A stretch of DNA of 64,000 nucleotides from Auanema rhodensis (lineage: Eukaryota > Animalia > Nematoda), in assembly GCA_964057225.1 (NCBI GenBank), contig OZ059896.1:19530001-19594000 (forward strand), read 5' to 3'. Positions 1 through 10,882 of this stretch are shown here, piece by piece. Numbering within the stretch: the stretch's first letter is position 1; each line of letters starts with the position of its first letter. The position numbers and the translations under genes were made by a program. Under the pieces are notes generated by a model, which was given only the letters and a program-made list of their open reading frames with translations, did not search any database and had not been told where the DNA came from.

Positions 1-88
1 AAAATCCGCATCGAATGCACTATACTACATTGAGAAACGTTTAATACAAGAATTAGTTATGATCGTTTGAAAAATGATGCATTAGTGT

Positions 89-116
89 ATGTTGAGTTTC
101 CATGTACACTCAACAT
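89..116. other. Perfect 9-bp inverted repeat with a 10-nt spacer, present in every monomer
   Basis: ATGTTGAGT (89-97) / ACTCAACAT (108-116). Confidence 0.9.
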
Positions 117-266
117 TGCTTCCAAAAACATTTTGACAAAAATTTTTTCGAAAAATTTCAAAATAATTTAGCAAAAAGTAGAAGTTTTTAGATTCCATTT
201 TTCAAGGCAAAGACGATGGACAATGTTATTCAACGAAAAAATTAATTCTTCAGGGTGAAAATCGAG

Positions 267-288
267 GATATAAGTGTGAACTTATATC
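267..288. other. Perfect 9-bp inverted repeat with a 4-nt loop (GTGA or GTAA), present in nearly every monomer
   Basis: GATATAAGT (267-275) / ACTTATATC (280-288). Confidence 0.9.
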
Positions 289-298
289 AGTTGATATA

Positions 299-365
299 TC
301 GGTGCATTTTTAAGCTAGCGCAAATCTGATAACACAGATCGACGCAGCTTAAAAATCCGCATCGA
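299..365. other. Long imperfect inverted repeat (potential 67-nt hairpin/cruciform), once per monomer
   Basis: TCGGTGC(299-305)/GCATCGA(359-365, one G-T pair); ATTTTTAAGCT(306-316)/AGCTTAAAAAT(346-356); GCG(318-320)/CGC(343-345); ATCTG(324-328)/CAGAT(335-339). Confidence 0.85.
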
Positions 366-702
366 ATGCACTATACTACATTGAGAAACGCTTAATACAA
401 AAATTAGTTATGATCGTTTGAAAAATGATGCATTAGTGTATGTTGAGTTTCCATGTACACTCAACATTGCTTCCAAAAACATTTTGACAAAAATTTTTTC
501 GAAAAATTTCTAAATAATTTAGCAAAAAGTAGATGTTTTTAGATTCTTTTTTTCAAGGCAAAGACGATGGACAATGTTATTCAACGAAAAAATTAATTCT
601 TCAGGGTGAAAATCGAGGATATAAGTGTGAACTTATATCAGTTGATATCTCGGTGCATTTTTAAGCTAGCGCAAATCTGATAACACAGATCGACGCAGCT
701 TA

Positions 703-3700
703 AAAATCCGCATCGAATGCACTATACTACATTGAGAAACGCTTAATACAAAAATTAGTTATGATCGTTTGAAAAATGATGCATTAGTGTATGTTGAGTT
801 TCCATGTACACTCAACATTGCTTCCAAAAACATTTTGACAAAAATTTTTTCGAAAAATTTCAAAATAATTTAGCAAAAAGTAGATGTTTTTAGATTCCTT
901 TTTTCAAGGCAATGACGATGGACAATGTTATTCAACGAAAAAATTAATTCTTCAGGGTGAAAATCGAGGATATAAGTGTGAACTTATATCAGTTGATATA
1001 TCGGTGCATTTTTAAGCTAGCGCAAATCTGATAACACAGATCGACGCAGCTTAAAAATCCGCATCGAATGCACTATACTACATTGAGAAACGCTTAATAC
1101 AAAAATTAGTTATGATCGTTTGAAAAATGATGCATTAGTGTATGTTGAGTTTCCATGTACACTCAACATTGCTTCCAAAAACATTTTGACAAAAATTTTT
1201 TCGAAAAATTTCTAGATAATTTAGCAAAAAGTAGATGTTTTTAAATTCTTTTTTTCAAGGCAAAGACGATGGACAATGTTATTCAACGAAAAAATTAATT
1301 CTTCAGGGTGAAAATCGAGGATATAAGTGTGAACTTATATCAGTTGATATCTCGGTGCATTTTTGAGCTAGCGAAAATCTGATAACACAGATCGACGCAG
1401 CTTAAAAATCCGCATCGAATGCACTATACTACATTGAGAAACGCTTAATACAAAAATTAGTTATGATCGTTTGAAAAATGATGCATTAGTGTATGTTGAG
1501 TTTCCATGTACACTCAACATTGCTTCCAAAAACATTTTGACAAAAATTTTTTCAAAAAATTTCAAAATAATTTAGCAAAAAGTAGATGTTTTTAGATTTC
1601 TTTTTTCAAGGCAAAGACGATGGACAATGTTATTCAACGAAAAAATTAATTCTTCAGGGTGAAAATCGAGGATATAAGTGTGAACTTATATCAGTTGATA
1701 TCTCGGTGCATTTTTAAGCTAGCGCAAATCTGATAACACAGATCGACGCAGCTTAAAAATCCGCATCAAATGCAATATACTACATTGAGAAACGCTTAAT
1801 ACAAAAATTAGTTATGATCGTTTGAAAAATGATGCATTAGTGTATGTTGAGTTTCCATGTACACTCAACATTGCTTCCAAAAACATTTTGACAAAAATTT
1901 TTTCGAAAAATTTCTAAATAATTTAGCAAAAAGTAGATGTTTTTAGATTCTTTTTTTCAAGGCGAAGACGATGGACAATGTTATTCAACGAAAAAATTAA
2001 TTCTTCAGGGTGAAAATCGAGGATATAAGTGTGAACTTATATCAGTTGATATCTCGGTGCATTTTTAAGCTAGCGCAAATCTGATAACACAGATCGACGC
2101 AGCTTAAAAATCCGCATCGAATGCACTTTACTACATTGAGAAACGCTTAATACAAGAATTAGTTATGATCGTTTGAAAAATGATGCATTAGTGTATGTTG
2201 AGTTTCCATGTACACTCAACATTGCTTCCAAAAACATTTTGACAAAAAATTTTTCGAAAAATTTCAAAATAATTTAGCAAAAAGTAGATGTTTTTAGATT
2301 CCTTTTTTCAAGGCAAAGACGATGGACAATGTTATTCAACGAAAAAATTAATTCTTCAGGGTGAAAATCGAGGATATAAGTGTGAACTTATATCAGTTGA
2401 TATATCGGTGCATTTTTAAGCTAGCGCAAATCTGATAACACAGATCGACGCAGCTTAAAAATCCGCATCGAATGCACTATACTACATTGAGAAACGCTTG
2501 ATACAAAAATTAGTTATGATCGTTTGAAAAATGATGCATTAGTGTATGTTGAGTTTCCATGTACACTCAACATTGCTTCCAAAAACATTTTGACAAAAAT
2601 TTTTTCGAAAAATTTCTAAATAATTTAGCAAAAAGTAGATGTTTTTAGATTCTTTTTTTCAAGGCAAAGACGATGGACAATGTTATTCAACGAAAAAATT
2701 AATTCTTCAGGGTGAAAATCGAGGATATAAGTGTGAACTTATATCAGTTGATATCTCGGTGCATTTTTAAGCTAGCGCAAATCTGATAACACAGATCGAC
2801 GCAGCTTAAAAATCCGCATCGAATGCACTATACTACATTGAGAAACGCTTAATACAAAAATTAGTTATGATCGTTTGAAAAATGATGCATTAGTGTATGT
2901 TGAGTTTCCATGTACACTCAACATTGCTTCCAAAAACATTTTGACAAAAATTTTTTCGAAAAATTTCAAAATAATTTAGCAAAAAGTAGATGTTTTTAGA
3001 TTCCTTTTTTCAAGGCAATGACGATGGACAATGTTATTCAACGAAAAAATTAATTCTTCAGGGTGAAAATCGAGGATATAAGTGTGAACTTATATCAGTT
3101 GATATATCGGTGCATTTTTAAGCTAGCGCAAATCTGATAACACAGATCGACGCAGCTTAAAAATCCGCATCGAATGCACTATACTACATTGAGAAACGCT
3201 TAATACAAAAATTAGTTATGATCGTTTGAAAAATGATGCATTAGTGTATGTTGAGTTTCCATGTACACTCAACATTGCTTCCAAAAACATTTTGACAAAA
3301 ATTTTTTCGAAAAATTTCTAGATAATTTAGCAAAAAGTAGATGTTTTTAAATTCTTTTTTTCAAGGCAAAGACGATGGACAATGTTATTCAACGAAAAAA
3401 TTAATTCTTCAGGGTGAAAATCGAGGATATAAGTGTGAACTTATATCAGTTGATATCTCGGTGCATTTTTGAGCTAGCGAAAATCTGATAACACAGATCG
3501 ACGCAGCTTAAAAATCCGCATCGAATGCACTATACTACATTGAGAAACGCTTAATACAAAAATTAGTTATGATCGTTTGAAAAATGATGCATTAGTGTAT
3601 GTTGAGTTTCCATGTACACTCAACATTGCTTCCAAAAACATTTTGACAAAAATTTTTTCAAAAAATTTCAAAATAATTTAGCAAAAAGTAGATGTTTTTA

Positions 3701-4914
3701 GATTTCTTTTTTCAAGGCAAAGACGATGGACAATGTTATTCAACGAAAAAATTAATTCTTCAGGGTGAAAATCGAGGATATAAGTGTGAACTTATATCAG
3801 TTGATATCTCGGTGCATTTTTAAGCTAGCGCAAATCTGATAACACAGATCGACGCAGCTTAAAAATCCGCATCAAATGCACTATACTACATTGAGAAACG
3901 CTTAATACAAAAATTAGTTATGATCGTTTGAAAAATGATGCATTAGTGTATGTTGAGTTTCCATGTACACTCAACATTGCTTCCAAAAACATTTTGACAA
4001 AAATTTTTTCGAAAAATTTCTAAATAATTTAGCAAAAAGTAGATGTTTTCAGATTCTTTTTTTCAAGGCAAAGACGATGGACAATGTTATTCAACGAAAA
4101 AATTAATTCTTCAGGGTGAAAATCGAGGATATAAGTGTGAACTTATATCAGTTGATATCTCGGTGCATTTTTAAGCTAGCGCAAATCTGATAACACAGAT
4201 CGACGCAGCTTAAAAATCCGCATCGAATGCACTTTACTACATTGAGAAACGCTTAATACAAGAATTAGTTATGATCGTTTGAAAAATGATGCATTAGTGT
4301 ATGTTGAGTTTCCATGTACACTCAACATTGCTTCCAAAAACATTTTGACAAAAAATTTTTCGAAAAATTTCAAAATAATTTAGCAAAAAGTAGATGTTTT
4401 TAGATTCCTTTTTTCAAGGCAAAGACGATGGACAATGTTATTCAACGAAAAAATTAATTCTTCAGGGTGAAAATCGAGGATATAAGTGTGAACTTATATC
4501 ATTTGATATATCGGTGCATTTTTAAGCTAGCGCAAATCTGATAACACAGATCGACGCAGCTTAAAAATCCGCATCGAATGCACTATACTACATTGAGAAA
4601 CGCTTGATACAAAAATTAGTTATGATCGTTTGAAAAATGATGCATTAGTGTATGTTGAGTTTCCATGTACACTCAACATTGCTTCCAAAAACATTTTGAC
4701 AAAAATTTTTTCGAAAAATTTCTAAATAATTTAGCAAAAAGTAGATGTTTTTAGATTCTTTTTTTCAAGGCAAAGACGATGGACAATGTTATTCAACGAA
4801 AAAATTGATTCTTCAGGGTGAAAATCGAGGATATAAGTGTGAACTTATATCAGTTGATATCTCGGTGCATTTTTAAGCTAGCGCAAATCTGATAACACAG
4901 ATCGACGCAGCTTA
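703..4914. repeat. 6-mer higher-order repeat (C-D-E-F-G-H) x2, 2106-bp period
   Basis: The monomer haplotype order at 703-2808 is reproduced at 2809-4914. Confidence 0.9.
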
Positions 4915-7900
4915 AAAATCCGCATCGAATGCACTATACTACATTGAGAAACGCTTAATACAAAAATTAGTTATGATCGTTTGAAAAATGATGCATTAGT
5001 GTATGTTGAGTTTCCATGTACACTCAACATTGCTTCCAAAAACATTTTGACAAAAATTTTTTCGAAAAATTTCTAAATAATTTAGCAAAAAGTAGATGTT
5101 TTTAGATTCTTTTTTTCAAGGCAAAGACGATGGACAATGTTATTCAACGAAAAAATTAATTCTTCAGGGTGAAAATCGAGGATATAAGTGTGAACTTATA
5201 TCAGTTGATATCTCGGTGCATTTTTAAGCTAGCGCAAATCTGATAACACAGATCGACGCAGCTTAAAAATCCGCATCGAATGCACTATACTACATTGAGA
5301 AACGCTTAATACAAAAATTAGTTATGATCGTTTGAAAAATGATGCATTAGTGTATGTTGAGTTTCCATGTACACTCAACATTGCTTCCAAAAACATTTTG
5401 ACAAAAAATTTTTTCGAAAAATTTCTAAATAATTTAGCAAAAAGTAGATGTTTTTAGATTCTTTTTTTCAAGGCAAAGACGATGGACAATGTTATTCAAC
5501 GAAAAAAATAATTCTTCAGGGTGAAAATCGAGGATATAAGTGTGAACTTATATCAGTTGATATCTCGGTGCATTTTTAAGCTAGCGCAAATCTGATAACA
5601 CAGATCGACGCAGCTTAAAAATCCGCATCGAATGCACTATACTACATTAAGAAACGCTTAATACAAAAATTAGTTATGATCGTTTGAAAAATGATGCATT
5701 AGTGTATGTTGAGTTTCCATGTACACTCAACATTGCTTCCAAAAACATTTTGACAAAAATTTTTTCGAAAAATTTCTAAATAATTTAGCAAAAAGTAGAT
5801 GTTTTTAGATTCTTTTTTTCAAGGCAAAGACGATGGACAATGTTATTCAACGAAAAAATTAATTCTTCAGGGTGAAAATCGAGGATATAAGTGTGAACTT
5901 ATATCAGTTGATATCTCGGTGCATTTTTAAGCTAGCGCAAATCTGATAACACAGATCGACGCAGCTTAAAAATCCGCATCGAATGCACTATACTACATTG
6001 AGAAACGCTTAATACAAAAATTAGTTATGATCGTTTGAAAAATGATGCATTAGTGTATGTTGAGTTTCCATGTACACTCAACATTGCTTCCAAAAACATT
6101 TTGACAAAAATTTTTTCAAAAAATTTCAAAATAATTTAGCAAAAAGTAGATGTTTTTAGATTCCTTTTTTCAAGGCAAAGACGATGGACAATGTTATTCA
6201 ACGAAAAAATTAATTCTTCAGGGTGAAAATCGAGGATATAAGTGTGAACTTATATCAGTTGATATATCGGTGCATTTTTAAGCTAGCGCAAATCTGATAA
6301 CACAGATCGACGCAGCTTAAAAATCCGCATCGAATGCACTATACTACATTGAGAAACGCTTAATACAAAAAATAGTTATGATCGTTTGAAAAATGATGCA
6401 TTAGTGTATGTTGAGTTTCCATGTACACTCAACATTGCTTCCAAAAACATTTTGACAAAAATTTTTTCAAAAAATTTCAAAATAATTTAGCAAAAAGTAG
6501 ATGTTTTTAGATTCCTTTTTTCAAGGCAAAGACGATGGACAATGTTATTCAACGAAAAAATTAATTCTTCAGGGTGAAAATCGAGGATATAAGTGTGAAC
6601 TTATATCAGTTGATATCTCGGTGCATTTTTGAGCTAGCGAAAATCTGATAACACAGATCGACGCAGCTTAAAAATCCGCATCGAATGCACTATAATACAT
6701 TGAGAAACGCTTAATACAAAAATTAGTTATGATCGTTTGAAAAATGATGCATTAGTGTATGTTGAGTTTCCATGTACACTCAACATTGCTTCCAAAAACA
6801 TTTTGACAAAAATTTTTTCAAAAAATTTCAAAATAATTTAGCAAAAAGTAGATGTTTTTAGATTTCTTTTTTCAAGGCAAAGACGATGGACAATGTTATT
6901 CAACGAAAAAATTAATTCTTCAGGGTGAAAATCGAGGATATAAGTGTGAACTTATATCAGTTGATATCTCGGTGCATTTTTAAGCTAGCGCAAATCTGAT
7001 AACACAGATCGACGCAGCTTAAAAATCCGCATCAAATGCACTATACTACATTGAGAAACGCTTAATACAAAAATTAGTTATGATCGTTTGAAAAATGATG
7101 CATTAGTGTATGTTGAGTTTCCATGTACACTCAACATTGCTTCCAAAAACATTTTGACAAAAATTTTTTCGAAAAATTTCTAAATAATTTAGCAAAAAGT
7201 AGATGTTTTTAGATTTTTTTTTTCAAGGCAAAGACGATGGACAATGTTATTCAACGAAAAAATTAATTCTTCAGGGTGAAAATCGAGGATATAAGTGTGA
7301 ACTTATATCAGTTGATATCTCGGTGCATTTTTAAGCTAGCGCAAATCTGATAACACAGATCGACGCAGCTTAAAAATCCGCATCGAATGCACTTTACTAC
7401 ATTGAGAAACGCTTAATACAAGAATTAGTTATGATCGTTTGAAAAATGATGCATTAGTGTATGTTGAGTTTCCATGTACACTCAACATTGCTTCCAAAAA
7501 CATTTTGACAAAAAATTTTTCGAAAAATTTCAAAATAATTTAGCAAAAAGTAGATGTTTTTAGATTCCTTTTTTCAAGGCAAAGACGATGGACAATGTTA
7601 TTCAACGAAAAAATTAATTCTTCAGGGTGAAAATCGAGGATATAAGTGTGAACTTATATCAGTTGATATATCGGTGCATTTTTAAGCTAGCGCAAATCTG
7701 ATAACACAGATCGACGCAGCTTAAAAATCCGCATCGAATGCACTATACTACATTGAGAAACGCTTAATACAAAAATTAGTTATGATCGTTTGAAAAATGA
7801 TGCATTAGTGTATGTTGAGTTTCCATGTACACTCAACATTGCTTCCAAAAACATTTTGACAAAAATTTTTTCGAAAAATTTCTAAATAATTTAGCAAAAA

Positions 7901-10882
7901 GTAGATGTTTTTAGATTCTTTTTTTCAAGGCAAAGACGATGGACAATGTTATTCAACGAAAAAATTAATTCTTCAGGGTGAAAATCGAGGATATAAGTGT
8001 GAACTTATATCAGTTGATATCTCGGTGCATTTTTAAGCTAGCGCAAATCTGATAACACAGATCGACGCAGCTTAAAAATCCGCATCGAATGCACTATACT
8101 ACATTGAGAAACGTTTAATACAAGAATTAGTTATGATCGTTTGAAAAATGATGCATTAGTGTATGTTGAGTTTCCATGTACACTCAACATTGCTTCCAAA
8201 AACATTTTGACAAAAATTTTTTCGAAAAATTTCAAAATAATTTAGCAAAAAGTAGATGTTTTTAGATTCCATTTTTCAAGGCAAAGACGATGGACAATGT
8301 TATTCAACGAAAAAATTAATTCTTCAGGGTGAAAATCGAGGATATAAGTGTGAACTTATATCAGTTGATATATCGGTGCATTTTTAAGCTAGCGCAAATC
8401 TGATAACACAGATCGACGCAGCTTAAAAATCCGCATCGAATGCACTATACTACATTGAAAAACGCTTAATACAAAAATTAGTTATGATCGTTTGAAAAAT
8501 GATGCATTAGTGTATGTTGAGTTTCCATGTACACTCAACATTGCTTCCAAAAACATTTTGACAAAAATTTTTTCGAAAAATTTCTAAATAATTTAGCAAA
8601 AAGTAGATGTTTTTAGATTCTTTTTTTCAAGGCAAAGACGATGGACAATGTTATTCAACGAAAAAATTAATTCTTCAGGGTGAAAATCGAGGATATAAGT
8701 GTGAACTTATATCAGTTGATATCTCGGTGCATTTTTAAGCTAGCGCAAATCTGATAACACAGATCGACGCAGCTTAAAAATCCGCATCGAATGCACTATA
8801 CTACATTGAGAAACGCTTAATACAAAAATTAGTTATGATCGTTTGAAAAATGATGCATTAGTGTATGTTGAGTTTCCATGTACACTCAACATTGCTTCCA
8901 AAAACATTTTGACAAAAATTTTTTCGAAAAATTTCAAAATAATTTAGCAAAAAGTAGATGTTTTTAGATTCCTTTTTTCAAGGCAATGACGATGGACAAT
9001 GTTATTCAACGAAAAAATTAATTCTTCAGGGTGAAAATCGAAGATATAAGTGTGAACTTATATCAGTTGATATATCGGTGCATTTTTAAGCTAGCGCAAA
9101 TCTGATAACACAGATCGACGCAGCTTAAAAATCCGCATCGAATGCACTATACTACATTGAGAAACGCTTAATACAAAAATTAGTTATGATCGTTTGAAAA
9201 ATGATGCATTAGTGTATGTTGAGTTTCCATGTACACTCAACATTGCTTCCAAAAACATTTTGACAAAAATTTTTTCGAAAAATTTCTAGATAATTTAGCA
9301 AAAAGTAGATGTTTTTAAATTCTTTTTTTTAAGGCAAAGACGATGGACAATGTTATTCAACGAAAAAATTAATTCTTCAGGGTGAAAATCGAGGATATAA
9401 GTGTGAACTTATATCAGTTGATATCTCGGTGCATTTTTGAGCTAGCGAAAATCTGATAACACAGATCGACGCAGCTTAAAAATCCGCATCGAATGCACTA
9501 TACTACATTGAGAAACGCTTAATACAAAAATTAGTTATGATCGTTTGAAAAATGATGCATTAGTGTATGTTGAGTTTCCATGTACACTCAACATTGCTTC
9601 CAAAAACATTTTGACAAAAATTTTTTCAAAAAATTTCAAAATAATTTAGCAAAAAGTAGATGTTTTTAGATTTCTTTTTTCAAGGCAAAGACGATGGACA
9701 ATGTTATTCAACGAAAAAATTAATTCTTCAGGGTGAAAATCGAGGATATAAGTGTGAACTTATATCAGTTGATATCTCGGTGCATTTTTAAGCTAGCGCA
9801 AATCTGATAACACAGATCGACGCAGCTTAAAAATCCGCATCAAATGCACTATACTACATTGAGAAACGCTTAATACAAAAATTAGTTATGATCGTTTGAA
9901 AAATGATGCATTAGTGTATGTTGAGTTTCCATGTACACTCAACATTGCTTCCAAAAACATTTTGACAAAAATTTTTTCGAAAAATTTCTAAATAATTTAG
10001 CAAAAAGTAGATGTTTTTAGATTCTTTTTTTCAAGGCAAAGACGATGGACAATGTTATTCAACGAAAAAATTAATTCTTCAGGGTGAAAATCGAGGATAT
10101 AAGTGTGAACTTATATCAGTTGATATCTCGGTGCATTTTTAAGCTAGCGCAAATCTGATAACACAGATCGACGCAGCTTAAAAATCCGCATCGAATGCAC
10201 TTTACTACATTGAGAAACGCTCAATACAAGAATTAGTTATGATCGTTTGAAAAATGATGCATTAGTGTATGTTGAGTTTCCATGTACACTCAACATTGCT
10301 TCCAAAAACATTTTGACAAAAAATTTTTCGAAAAATTTCAAAATAATTTAGCAAAAAGTAGATGTTTTTAGATTCCTTTTTTCAAGGCAAAGACGATGGA
10401 CAATGTTATTCAACGAAAAAATTAATTCTTCAGGGTGAAAATCGAGGATATAAGTGTGAACTTATATCAGTTGATATATCGGTGCATTTTTAAGCTAGCG
10501 CAAATCTGATAACACAGATCGACGCAGCTTAAAAATCCGCATCGAATGCACTATACTACATTGAGAAACGCTTGATACAAAAATTAGTTATGATCGTTTG
10601 AAAAATGATGCATTAGTGTATGTTGAGTTTCCATGTACACTCAACATTGCTTCCAAAAACATTTTGACAAAAATTTTTTCGAAAAATTTCTAAATAATTT
10701 AGCAAAAAGTAGATGTTTTTAGATTCTTTTTTTCAAGGCAAAGACGATGGACAATGTTATTCAACGAAAAAATTAATTCTTCAGGGTGAAAATCGAGGAT
10801 ATAAGTGTGAACTTATATCAGTTGATATCTCGGTGCATTTTTAAGCTAGCGCAAATCTGATAACACAGATCGACGCAGCTTA

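Larger units (their letters stand above)
1..351. repeat. Reference monomer unit (351 bp, arbitrary phase; about 31% GC, 12 CpG, numerous A/T tracts)
   Basis: The next copy begins at 352. A hand count on the consensus gives about 52 C and 57 G. Confidence 0.98.
1..2808. repeat. 8-monomer higher-order unit (types A-B-C-D-E-F-G-H), repeated at 8075-10882
   Basis: The same ordered SNP haplotypes occur in both blocks: A (p40T,p50G,p197A), B (p160T,p196T), C (p211T), D (p160T,p162G,p191A,p312G,p321A), E (p150A,p195T), F (p13A), G (p22T,p50G,p143A), H (p43G). Confidence 0.9.

Noticed and set aside
222-238. CENP-B box-like motif on the minus strand (TTTCGTTGAATAACATT)
   Set aside because: It matches only the TTCG....A half of NTTCGNNNNANNCGGGN; the essential CGGG is missing.
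196-253. Hammerhead ribozyme, as in newt, schistosome and cave-cricket satellites: CUGAAGA core on the minus strand (247-253) with a downstream GAAA (about 203-200)
   Set aside because: The sequence between the two core motifs does not close a stem II (pairing fails after the first base pair), and I could not build stems I and III with an NUH site. The plus-strand CTGATAA (326-332) lacks the conserved G. An Infernal search with Rfam hammerhead models on a monomer dimer would settle it.
267-311. Bacterial intrinsic terminator or promoter calls on hairpins and AT-rich motifs
   Set aside because: There is no gene context, the stems are AT-rich without an immediately following U-tract, and such motifs are expected by chance at 69% AT.
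1-351. Tandem RNA gene unit (5S rRNA, tRNA, snRNA or spliced-leader repeat)
   Set aside because: I could recognise no 5S, tRNA cloverleaf, Pol III A/B box or spliced-leader sequence on either strand.
1-351. Monomer as an ancient dimer of about 175-bp subunits
   Set aside because: I saw no convincing direct similarity between the two halves beyond A/T runs.
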